From the IMG/VR virus record IMGVR_UViG_3300027782_000025, positions 62,001-126,000 of that record: a DNA stretch of 64,000 nucleotides. The stretch is one strand, 5' to 3'. The notes beneath the pieces were generated by a model. The model was not told where the DNA came from and did not search any database. It worked only from the letters and a program-made list of their open reading frames with translations. Of this stretch, positions 19,379 to 28,322 are shown one piece after another. Every line of letters begins with the position of its first letter. The first letter of the stretch is position 1. Made by a program: the position numbers and the translations under genes.

Positions 19379-20066
19379 AGGGATATATATTGTTTTAGAG
19401 GGTATCGATGGATCAGGCAAATCAACATTAGCCAACAAACTAAATGAGTATCTTGTCGAGAGGCACCCCAAAAATAATATCGTCACGACATACCACCCCG
19501 GTAGCACAGCACTAGGCAATCACCTCCGCAAACTGGTAAAAAATCCAGCACAATTCGACCGCAATATCAAAATAGACAATCTGTCAAGACAATTATTACA
19601 TTTCGTCGACACAATCGCATTTAATAAAACGATACTAGAACCAGAATTGAATCGTGGTAGCATCGTAATAGCAGATAGAAGCACCTATATCAGTTCGATC
19701 ATCTACGGCAAGGCGACCGGCCTCACTGTTAACGACATTTCAAAACTGTTTATGGTATACCCGCCGAGGAAGGCAGATCTTGTATTCGTGTTCGATTGTC
19801 CTTGGCGAACCGCAAAAGAAAGGATGATCGGTAGAGACCAAGAAGACTTCTACGACAACCAAAAAGACGACTTCTTTGATTCGGTATCAACAGCATATAA
19901 AACCCTAACCACTTCCTCCTTAGAGCAGTCAGTATTGATAAATCAGATTGTTTCATTAAATAATCTAAAAACCATCGATGCGGATAGAGACGCAGATATG
20001 ATTTTTAATGAAATGATTCCTAGCATAGAAAGGGTGATCGCCAATATGGGGGTTGAAAATGATTAG
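19368..20066 (+). CDS. tmk: thymidylate (dTMP) kinase
   Basis: YIVLEGIDGSGKST P-loop, IVIADR, SSIIYG. Confidence 0.92.
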   Translation: MKNRGIYIVLEGIDGSGKSTLANKLNEYLVERHPKNNIVTTYHPGSTALGNHLRKLVKNPAQFDRNIKIDNLSRQLLHFVDTIAFNKTILEPELNRGSIVIADRSTYISSIIYGKATGLTVNDISKLFMVYPPRKADLVFVFDCPWRTAKERMIGRDQEDFYDNQKDDFFDSVSTAYKTLTTSSLEQSVLINQIVSLNNLKTIDADRDADMIFNEMIPSIERVIANMGVEND

Positions 20067-20487
20067 ACTTGAAATGCAATTGTTGCATCCTGACGCCAAA
20101 ATACCGAGCCGTGGTCGAGTCACCGATGCCGGATATGATCTCTATAGCATCGAAAAGATGATTCTGCCACCTCAGGTCGCTACTATTATACGGACCGGTG
20201 TTAAGATAAGTGCACCGCCAGGTTATTACTATACGATCGAAGGCCGCAGTAGCCTGTGGAGTAAAGGCGTTTTTCCCAACCGCGGCGTTATCGACGCAAC
20301 GTTCACGGGCGAGATCGTTGTATCACTTATAAATGTCAATAGCGAAGACTATATAGTAAATATCGGGGACCGAATAGCCCAGATACTGATCCATGAACAG
20401 CATTCAGCTTATTTCGATGTCGTTGCGGATTTTAGCCCAGAATACAATGTCCGTGGTGTAAACGGCTTTGGTAGTAGCGGTAAATGA
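20053..20487 (+). CDS. dut: trimeric dUTPase
   Basis: DAGYDL, GRSSL, GVIDATFTGEI, GDRIAQ, RGVNGFGSSG motifs I-V. Confidence 0.96.
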   Translation: MKMIRLEMQLLHPDAKIPSRGRVTDAGYDLYSIEKMILPPQVATIIRTGVKISAPPGYYYTIEGRSSLWSKGVFPNRGVIDATFTGEIVVSLINVNSEDYIVNIGDRIAQILIHEQHSAYFDVVADFSPEYNVRGVNGFGSSGK

Positions 20488-20494
20488 GGGTAAT

Positions 20495-20800
20495 ATGGAA
20501 CCTGATCAGCTTTACTTGGTATCTTATGTTCACGTACAAATCGAGAATCAAGACAGTTACACGGATTTCTCTCTTTATTTCGCTGGCTTGGTAGAAACTA
20601 AAGAAGAGGCCGAAGTCCTAGCACGAGCCTGCTCTTTAAATCTCAAGAATGGTACTATTATCCCAAAGATTCTAAGTTTCAACGACGATATGTCTTTGAT
20701 TGACATGATGTATGATGCATCGGAGAAATTCCAAAAAATATTATTGCAGATGCGTGAAATGCATGACAGATTTTCTAATTTTAAAAAGAAGAAGAAATGA
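20495..20800 (+). CDS. hypothetical protein
   Basis: ATG 20495 with GAGGG RBS (track start 20468). Confidence 0.6.
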   Translation: MEPDQLYLVSYVHVQIENQDSYTDFSLYFAGLVETKEEAEVLARACSLNLKNGTIIPKILSFNDDMSLIDMMYDASEKFQKILLQMREMHDRFSNFKKKKK

Positions 20801-21144
20801 TCCAAAAATGGTTCTCACAAGAAATAGAAATACCTCTCATGCCATTTGGTATGAGCGCCAAGATTATTGGTCTTAATGATAGTGAAGATCCTAAGACACA
20901 TAATTCCAAGATAATATTAGCTATCACGGATACCGAAGGTAATACTATAGAATATATAGTTTATTCCCATATAGTTAGGACGATTTCCACCTCATCTCCT
21001 ACAGCAGAAGAGATATACGATAGATATCAATTAATGCTGTCTAAATATATCAAAACTTATTCGAGCATCAAATTTGGTTTAATTAATTTTAAGAAATTTA
21101 CTATAAACAATGAGATGAAGGACACAGAAAGCCATTCCTTTTAA
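20797..21144 (+). CDS. hypothetical protein
   Basis: 115 aa, ATGA coupling. Confidence 0.6.
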   Translation: MIQKWFSQEIEIPLMPFGMSAKIIGLNDSEDPKTHNSKIILAITDTEGNTIEYIVYSHIVRTISTSSPTAEEIYDRYQLMLSKYIKTYSSIKFGLINFKKFTINNEMKDTESHSF

Positions 21145-21221
21145 TCAAATGGCAAACTGTGGCTCGGAATATTAACAGATTAAAATGCTCGCAAAAAAGA
21201 TGTATCCTGTGACCTTGAGAA

Positions 21222-23723
21222 TTATGTTGCTATGGTAATCTGACCATAGGAGAATTCACTAAACAATATAACCTGCGATTTAATATCCATCCGACGGATC
21301 TTAGCACCAGGCCAGAGTTTGAGACCACATTTTCCAAATGGTTGATTTGTAGGGTTAAAATCGATTGGGTAATATGGTGTATTGATCGATACCGGCGTCG
21401 TTAATAAAGAATTTAACGCAGGACTAGGTGGGATTAATAATCCATTCCACCAAATCCAAACTTGCCCGTCACGCAACATTACCTCTATCTTGTTCCAATA
21501 TTCACCCGAATCTCCGCCACTAACTGCGCCACCATCGTAAAACTTAAATCCACGCGGTGTCGCTGCGGGCTGCGTACCGACGCCTGACCATACGCCAGAC
21601 TGCGAATATACCGCACTAACAGCATAGCCTGGCGCTAGGCCACGCACAAAATCATCTACCTCATCAGTTGGAGAGTCGAACTGGTATGGGAGACTCATGT
21701 CTAATTGTCCGACCATAAATTGCAATGTAACCAAATTAGTGGTTTGGTCGAAGCCATATTGTAATCGCACAACTGGATTGTCATAGTCTTGATGTAATAA
21801 TTCTACAACATCACCAATATTACCCTCATATGGCTTATTGTCAGGATAACCGTTAGCTAGCACCAACACATCACAACCGCTTATCGTCAGCGACGAAGGA
21901 ACACCTAACACAGGATTAAGAATTTCAGAAGGAAATACGAATTTTTTATTATAGTTGTATACCAGATTCTCATCAGCGCCTGGATTTAATATTCTTATGG
22001 TGCCGAAGGGAGGTAATTCTGTAAAATCGGCGCCACAAACCATAACATAATTTAAACCATTAATATTTCCGATGGAAACAACCTTCATATACTTTTCAGT
22101 AGTGCTGTCGATTTTGGCTCTAAGTAATATGTCGATTGGAGGAAACACGCCGACATAATCAATAATCTCTGGTCTTCCTATATCTGCTCTTATAAGTGCA
22201 TTAGTCATGCTTTCTCTATGCCATAAATAAACGGGCCTCTCCGAAAAATTACCGCCAGAGTAAATGCTCTTGACGATCTTCATGCCTGGCATTAAAGTGT
22301 CTATAACAGCTCTATGTTGCTGATTATAGTCGCCGTCTGGCGCTGTGCCGCCAGCTACGATTTCGTCGAACATTAGCAATGGGTCATCTAATCCGGTGAG
22401 ACCCCACTGGCTCGGTTCAAAATCTCTTGAAGCTGTTTCGGTTATAGCACTAGTTCGAGGATCAAATGTGCCCGCTGGTTCGATTTCTTCCCTCGCTACT
22501 ACAATATCACCAAATTGAACTGAACCTATGTTGGTCCATACATAGTTCGGATTTAAACTTGGTTTCTTAGAAAAGAAATAACGATATTGGGTTTGCCCAG
22601 CGATTTCACCGACCTGATAAGCATAGAGGTCAATTAATGTACCAACTGGTAGTAAGTCGATAGTCTGATCTAACACTAAGACTTGAGGATTAACACCTGA
22701 TTGTGGATTTTGCGGATTTATGATCTGCCAGACGTTTCTAGCCGAGTAACAGTCGCCAGTTGCAAGAGATTTATCGAGGTTCCATTCTCTAACCATGTAG
22801 ACATTTGTACTTAATACTTCGTTTGTATAATCTACAATTACTGCAGGTTTTTTGGTTATTAAAATACCCTTATATAAGAGTGCTCCCAAGCCGTCCGCAT
22901 TGATATTTGGATCCATCTTAAATGTTATGGCATTGCCGTTCAGATCAAGACCAGTATACCAAATCACCTCTGGAATGCCTCTAGCGCCTGGAGTAAATGC
23001 CCAGCCGATTTCCGTCACAGAACTATTTAAAGAATTCCTCTTTAAGATTAATTCGAATTCAGCCAAACCAGGAGTAATAGCGTCATCATATCTCTTAAAG
23101 ATAAGCGCTGGATAAATGCCTTTGTTGCCCAAGGTCTTAGCGGGGTTTGTGGTATCAACAATAGTTGATTCTGGGAATAGATATACTTTCATTTCACCAT
23201 AAACATCGGTGCCAACTAGCTTGCCGGCGCATGTTGGTGGTCTGATCGCGGCCACTTCAGTCTCATCCTGCACCCAAAAAATCTGATTGCATGATTCACA
23301 AGCGCAATTCAATGGGATCGGGCTATCGACTGTAAACCTGACCACGTTTCCGATACGTTCTAGACTGATGAATTCAGTACCAGCGGCCAATATTATATCG
23401 CCCTGCATCCAACCGCCGTCGTTTGGAAATCCGGCGCCTTGGAATCCAAGTACGCCCAGTCTTGTCTGCAAAATAGCATCGACTTTACATTTATCATCGG
23501 CAGACATCAAACCAGGCGAATCACATGTAGCAACAGGTACTGGATCTTCAGCAATATGTGTTGGGCCGTGAAAACTAGGATAAACAACTTGGCTGTCACG
23601 GTAATAGAGGGTTCTTAACTCTGCATCATATTGGTATCCAGTGGTTATACCATTTGGTCCTAGAACCTGGATAAATTGTGCATCTTTTAATTGGGAATGA
23701 TTCGGTATCTGATATAGTGCCAT
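21222..23723 (-). CDS. putative tail/fibre structural protein
   Basis: 833 aa; 'ATCDSPGLMSADDKCKVD' fibre-type motif; C-terminal beta-sandwich/lectin-like segment (WNKIEVMLRDGQVWIWWNG...GKCGLKLW). Confidence 0.6.
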   Translation of the reverse strand: MALYQIPNHSQLKDAQFIQVLGPNGITTGYQYDAELRTLYYRDSQVVYPSFHGPTHIAEDPVPVATCDSPGLMSADDKCKVDAILQTRLGVLGFQGAGFPNDGGWMQGDIILAAGTEFISLERIGNVVRFTVDSPIPLNCACESCNQIFWVQDETEVAAIRPPTCAGKLVGTDVYGEMKVYLFPESTIVDTTNPAKTLGNKGIYPALIFKRYDDAITPGLAEFELILKRNSLNSSVTEIGWAFTPGARGIPEVIWYTGLDLNGNAITFKMDPNINADGLGALLYKGILITKKPAVIVDYTNEVLSTNVYMVREWNLDKSLATGDCYSARNVWQIINPQNPQSGVNPQVLVLDQTIDLLPVGTLIDLYAYQVGEIAGQTQYRYFFSKKPSLNPNYVWTNIGSVQFGDIVVAREEIEPAGTFDPRTSAITETASRDFEPSQWGLTGLDDPLLMFDEIVAGGTAPDGDYNQQHRAVIDTLMPGMKIVKSIYSGGNFSERPVYLWHRESMTNALIRADIGRPEIIDYVGVFPPIDILLRAKIDSTTEKYMKVVSIGNINGLNYVMVCGADFTELPPFGTIRILNPGADENLVYNYNKKFVFPSEILNPVLGVPSSLTISGCDVLVLANGYPDNKPYEGNIGDVVELLHQDYDNPVVRLQYGFDQTTNLVTLQFMVGQLDMSLPYQFDSPTDEVDDFVRGLAPGYAVSAVYSQSGVWSGVGTQPAATPRGFKFYDGGAVSGGDSGEYWNKIEVMLRDGQVWIWWNGLLIPPSPALNSLLTTPVSINTPYYPIDFNPTNQPFGKCGLKLWPGAKIRRMDIKSQVILFSEFSYGQITIAT

Positions 23724-23724
23724 A

Positions 23725-24600
23725 TTACTTTACCGATTTATCGGTCTCCTCTTTGCTTTCTGCCTGCTGGTTCTCTTGATGCTGTATCGCACGCTTAACG
23801 AAGTCAGTGGCTTTATCCAAAATCCAATGTCTACTTTCAAATGTAGCATTGTTTCTAGCGTACGGTATATTTTTACCGAACTTATGGTATTCAACTAGAT
23901 CATCAGGTACTATTAACCCACCGTATCTCATTTGAAATGCCAATGGTAATAATCCAATTAATTGGTTAAAACTTGCTTCTTTATTATCGACTTTTAAGCT
24001 AGCCGGCTTAGTAGCCTCAGTGTAATCGTTCGCACCTTCATCGCCATGAGCAAACACACCGAAAATTTTTCCGGCATAATGGTTCTTTAAATCATTTTTA
24101 TATTTCCCAGATAATTCATGCTTAGCGGTCAATTTTGAATTTTTTATGTCGTCACCGAATATTTCCTTAGCCTTTTCTACCGGCAGAGTCAAATTAATAC
24201 AAACCAACCGATCAAAAAAGGACTTTACGACCGAGGTGACAGTATACCAATGGATCGGGGTGAATGTTAATATGATGTCTGCAGACATTAAACCATTATA
24301 GACATCCTTCTCATACATGTAATCTTTAACGTCGTCTTTTAAAGAGTAACAGCTGCATGGGAAATGGCACTGAAATCCATTGGCAGTAGATATACATCCT
24401 TTGCATGGCTGTATACGCGGCTCATCGTCTATCACTGTAAGATCATATAGTATATAGTCAGCTTCTGGGCCATCGTTTATAATGTGGCTCACGATCTTGC
24501 TAGTTTTAGACTTACCGCCAGAACAACTGTTTTCATTTCTAGGAGAACCACTTATAATAGCGATCTTCTTCCTAGAATTAGCAAAGGTTAATGGTATCAT
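23725..24600 (-). CDS. flavodoxin-like / iron-sulfur flavoprotein (FMN reductase family)
   Basis: IAIISGSPR, IQPCKGC...QCHFPCSC, TPIHWY...KSFFDRL. Confidence 0.85.
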   Translation of the reverse strand: MIPLTFANSRKKIAIISGSPRNENSCSGGKSKTSKIVSHIINDGPEADYILYDLTVIDDEPRIQPCKGCISTANGFQCHFPCSCYSLKDDVKDYMYEKDVYNGLMSADIILTFTPIHWYTVTSVVKSFFDRLVCINLTLPVEKAKEIFGDDIKNSKLTAKHELSGKYKNDLKNHYAGKIFGVFAHGDEGANDYTEATKPASLKVDNKEASFNQLIGLLPLAFQMRYGGLIVPDDLVEYHKFGKNIPYARNNATFESRHWILDKATDFVKRAIQHQENQQAESKEETDKSVK

Positions 24601-25628
24601 AAGGCCTCAATAATGTATCTTCTGAGTCTCGGGCTGTAATATGTTATGGTTTTTTTGCCAGCTTCAGCTATCATTTCATCTTGTTCAGCTACCATATCGT
24701 CAACTATCGGCAGGTCGTCATATTCTGACTTTAGCGGCGCCATTTCTATGCGATCGTCATAATTAGACGCCTTTGTATAATCGATGTTAGGTGCTTTAGA
24801 TGCGACTTGTGCTGGTGCAACAGGCTTAACTTGTGCTGGTGCAACAGGCTTAACTGGTGCTGGTGCAACAGGCTTAACTGGTGCTGGCACAGGCGGCACT
24901 GGCTTAACTGGCGTTGGTAAAACAGGTACGGGGGCAACAGACGGAGCAGCTTGGATGACTTCATTATCTATGGTGTCAGCATATTCCTTTTCTGCTTTTA
25001 ATTGCTGTGTCTCTTTATTTTTAAGATTTTCAGCCTTGTCTTTAATCTGTGCGTATCTGTCTTTGACCTCTTTGTCTTGCGGTGTCGCAAGCGTTTTATC
25101 GCTCGGTACCTCTTTAGCTAGCTTTACAGTCTCTATATCGTAGGCTCTTTCTACATTTCTGATGTCTTTGTTAGCATCTACTGCTTGCGGCGCGGCTTTA
25201 AGCTGCGCAGCCCTATGAACCCTAGCTTTCGATGCCTTCTCAGCGTCCTTACTAAGAACACCATATACAGGAAATAAGACGCCAGTCTTGAGATCAGCTA
25301 TATGGTCAGAGTCATATGTTCTATAAGCTTGATCAGAAAATATGTGCGGCAGCGCTCTCGCCCCAAACCTGTACCTTCGCTTTAATCCCCTAATATTACT
25401 TAATTCTGGTAATAATTTTCTTAGATCTAATTGATCCCTTTTACTTATATAATGTAGGTTTATGCCGCCAACTAGTTGATTTCCGGTACTGGGGTGCTTA
25501 TATGTTCCTAAGACAAGCACATCAGGCTTAGGGTCGGTATGATAATTTTCGTAATCGAACTGCCAACGATGCCCTTCGCCAGCTTCGAATATTATATGGC
25601 CTGGAATGGTCAAAGAGTTCAAAATCAT
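24597..25628 (-). CDS. DNA end protector (T4 gp2-like) domain with Pro/Ala-rich tail
   Basis: DPKPDVLVLG...GGINLHYI...AYRTY resembles gp2 'GLNLHYL' family; low-complexity C-half. Confidence 0.55.
   Translation of the reverse strand: MILNSLTIPGHIIFEAGEGHRWQFDYENYHTDPKPDVLVLGTYKHPSTGNQLVGGINLHYISKRDQLDLRKLLPELSNIRGLKRRYRFGARALPHIFSDQAYRTYDSDHIADLKTGVLFPVYGVLSKDAEKASKARVHRAAQLKAAPQAVDANKDIRNVERAYDIETVKLAKEVPSDKTLATPQDKEVKDRYAQIKDKAENLKNKETQQLKAEKEYADTIDNEVIQAAPSVAPVPVLPTPVKPVPPVPAPVKPVAPAPVKPVAPAQVKPVAPAQVASKAPNIDYTKASNYDDRIEMAPLKSEYDDLPIVDDMVAEQDEMIAEAGKKTITYYSPRLRRYIIEAL
24805..24888. repeat. 24-bp tandem repeat x3.5 (KPVAPA[PQ]V)
   Basis: act[tg]gtgctggtgcaacaggctta units. Confidence 0.9.
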
Positions 25629-27553
25629 ATGATAATGTTTCTTCTATCTTTTATGCATTCTATAATCAAGTTATGCCGAATCATTGTATTATATCTAAGC
25701 AATTCATTTAATTGCTCCATCATTATTTTTCTATCTATTTTATCTTCGATGATCAGAGGCACCAATTTGCCATTAATGCTTTCACTTAGTGAATCATCTT
25801 GAGCAAGTGATTTTCGTTCAGCTAAAACGACCATCTCGAACTTTTGAGTCGCGCTAGCTAGATCACCCGTTACTTTTTGCCTAGATATTGATTGACCGTT
25901 CGCTTTTGCCATTCTAGAAGGATTAATAGGGATCTTTACTATTCTCTCTTCATCCCCTTCACCAATTATGAAGCCTTCCTCGAATTCTTTAGCCTCTGCA
26001 GCCATTTCTTCGACTATGCCTGGGACCCTCAGAGCTTGGCATCCTTCCCTCAGCCATATACTTTCCCATGTTTCATCAGTACCTGGTACTAATTCGATTT
26101 CTGGGTCTTCATAAGGCGACCACCAACCAGGCATCTCTCGGGGGATTTTTAAATTTTCACGCATGTCGCCTCTACCTGGATAATCTGAGGCGATCTGGCC
26201 ATAGGATCTAATTAAGAATCTAAATTGGTTAGATGTCATATACCCTTTGATATTATCTAACTTTTTTGCATCGACATCTAAAAATTTAGTACCTCTTAGT
26301 ATATCACGCAAATCATAATTTAAACACATTTTTAAGACATGGTTGAAAAGTTCTTTAGGTTTTGGAGCTTCAGAATCCTCTTCGACCCTAGTATCTGCAA
26401 GTTGCATTTCTTCTGCTTCGCCTGTTTCGGCTGATGGTCTACCACCACTAATGCTAGCTATTTTGGTCCTTGTCTTTCTGTCAGGTGTGGTTATTGTATG
26501 GCCAGGTTTTAATCCTGTCTTTGTGCCCAAAATCATAGCCGATGCCCCTTCGGCACGTGATTCGAGCTTTTCTAGATCTTGTTTAGCTAATTCTATTCTT
26601 TCTTGGTCTCCTTCTTCGTAAGCAGCTGCTAGTTCGCTTCCAAACATATAATATTCGCTGCTATAATGTCCAAATGGATTTCCGCTAGCACGGTCTGTTT
26701 TTGATTCATATCTATATTCTTCAGATACTACATCAATAGCTCTGTAAATCTCTTCTGGATTAGTCATCTGTAACAATGACGGTATACCATATACTTCTTT
26801 TCTAATCCAACTGCTCTCGGCTTCTGCTCTAAGTTTTATCGCTCTCTCTTGGCGTGCTTGGAAAGCCTCCTGCGATTCGCCAGCATTGGGTGTTTTAGCC
26901 GTTACAGGCAGGCGCACTTTTACTTGACCGGCAGGCGTCACGTAATAGACGGATTTATCACTCAACAACATATCGATCCTTGTATCGCTTCCTACACCAC
27001 CGACCATAGCACCTTCTACTTGAGTAGCCGCCCAAGATATAAATGGACTAAGAGATCTATCGGCACCAGGCTGTAATAATTTAACTAATGCCACAGAGCC
27101 ATTTTGATAGCAATCCTCTACCAAATTCTCATCCATATACTTTCCTGTAGATGATGCTACTTTTTTTGCAGCCCTCTTTGCAATTCTATATAGAGGTGAT
27201 CCAAATTTACCAGAAGCCGGTCCTTTATTACCGCCTCTCTGATGAAAATTCGAACCATCACTTAACCCAGCAAAGGCAATGTATACTTCAGAATCAGTCC
27301 ATCTAGGGGCTTTACCACCAGGAACGAAGTCTTCTGGTGCTTCATAACCAACACGTGATGTCCAAGGCTTATTAACCCACCGTGAATTCACAGTCATTGG
27401 GCCGACAGTATGATAAAGACAGTCCTCAGCAAATTCTCTATTATAATTAGAAGAGTACGGATCCTTCCATTGCGCTTGGGATTTATCACCAGCCACAGCG
27501 GCCTCTTTTAGAACCTTCGCCAGCTTATGCGATAATTTATTTAAAAAAGACAT
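25625..27553 (-). CDS. atypical large sigma70-family factor with insertions
   Basis: region 2 PLYRIAKR...VEDCYQNGSVALVKLL...DRSLSPFISWAATQVEGAM; region 3-like ASIS...MQLADTR; region 4 MTSNQFRFLIRSYG ... ISRQKVTGDLASATQKF; AGGAG RBS. Confidence 0.65.
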   Translation of the reverse strand: MSFLNKLSHKLAKVLKEAAVAGDKSQAQWKDPYSSNYNREFAEDCLYHTVGPMTVNSRWVNKPWTSRVGYEAPEDFVPGGKAPRWTDSEVYIAFAGLSDGSNFHQRGGNKGPASGKFGSPLYRIAKRAAKKVASSTGKYMDENLVEDCYQNGSVALVKLLQPGADRSLSPFISWAATQVEGAMVGGVGSDTRIDMLLSDKSVYYVTPAGQVKVRLPVTAKTPNAGESQEAFQARQERAIKLRAEAESSWIRKEVYGIPSLLQMTNPEEIYRAIDVVSEEYRYESKTDRASGNPFGHYSSEYYMFGSELAAAYEEGDQERIELAKQDLEKLESRAEGASAMILGTKTGLKPGHTITTPDRKTRTKIASISGGRPSAETGEAEEMQLADTRVEEDSEAPKPKELFNHVLKMCLNYDLRDILRGTKFLDVDAKKLDNIKGYMTSNQFRFLIRSYGQIASDYPGRGDMRENLKIPREMPGWWSPYEDPEIELVPGTDETWESIWLREGCQALRVPGIVEEMAAEAKEFEEGFIIGEGDEERIVKIPINPSRMAKANGQSISRQKVTGDLASATQKFEMVVLAERKSLAQDDSLSESINGKLVPLIIEDKIDRKIMMEQLNELLRYNTMIRHNLIIECIKDRRNIII

Positions 27554-27577
27554 GCAATGCTCCTATTAGTTATATAA

Positions 27578-27587
27578 TATATTTAAC
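27578..27587 (-). promoter_or_regulatory. putative late promoter (GTTAAATATT)
   Basis: TAAATA about 27 nt upstream of the 642-aa sigma-like gene. Confidence 0.4.
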
Positions 27588-28257
27588 TAATCCATATTTT
27601 CTTTAATTTGCGTAGTGCCTTAGACACAGCATTAATATCTTTCTTCTCAGCCTCTCCGATAGCGTTGGTTACTTTACCGACTGGCTCAGATAAATATGTT
27701 AAAAATTCCATATAATCTATGTTGTTCTTTAATATCAATAATTGACCAGCAGACTTTAGCTTGTTAAGCATAAATATTTTAAAATTATTGCCAGCGAGAT
27801 CACTTAATATATTGTGGCTTTTTTTAAATAGCAAGCTATCTAGCATTATATTTCCAGAATATTGAGTCCTATAAAACGTCCCATTTTCAGGATTGATTTT
27901 TATCCCATTACCAAAGGCTGATCCAGTATAATCATCGTTTTGCACTTTCGCTTTTAATTTTTCCACAGACGCCCTGTTAAGGACAGAATCAGGAGTTAGT
28001 GTGAAGATTAAATCATTACTCGAATTTTCCAAAGCAGTCACGTAAGCCTGAATTTCATTAGTCGAATGGAATAAGTCTAGAACTTTAATATCTTTCTTGG
28101 TACTCCTATCGCTTTCGCTCAATTGACGATAATCAGATATCTTGTTAACAATGATTAATTCATCACCATCGACCTTTATCTCATCGTATAAAAGCTTTAA
28201 GTATTTATCTCGAACATGGTGGAAGACATCTATGACTGCGATATAAGAAGTATTCAT
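27583..28257 (-). CDS. degenerate glycosyltransferase family 2-like protein
   Basis: GT2 N-terminal pattern (YIAVI...ELIIVN...ALENSSNDLIFTLTPDSVL) but DxD replaced by TPD. Confidence 0.5.
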   Translation of the reverse strand: MNTSYIAVIDVFHHVRDKYLKLLYDEIKVDGDELIIVNKISDYRQLSESDRSTKKDIKVLDLFHSTNEIQAYVTALENSSNDLIFTLTPDSVLNRASVEKLKAKVQNDDYTGSAFGNGIKINPENGTFYRTQYSGNIMLDSLLFKKSHNILSDLAGNNFKIFMLNKLKSAGQLLILKNNIDYMEFLTYLSEPVGKVTNAIGEAEKKDINAVSKALRKLKKIWIS

Positions 28258-28273
28258 GATAAATATATATACG

Positions 28274-28303
28274 AAGATGGCCGCTATTTCTAGCGACCAT
28301 CTT
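28274..28303 (-). terminator. stem-loop, probable terminator
   Basis: minus strand AAGATGGTCGCTA-GAAA-TAGCGGCCATCTT, 13-bp stem with one G-U, GNRA loop, 20 nt after stop of 531-aa gene. Confidence 0.7.
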
Positions 28304-28322
28304 AAAGAATCCTTTTTACTAA

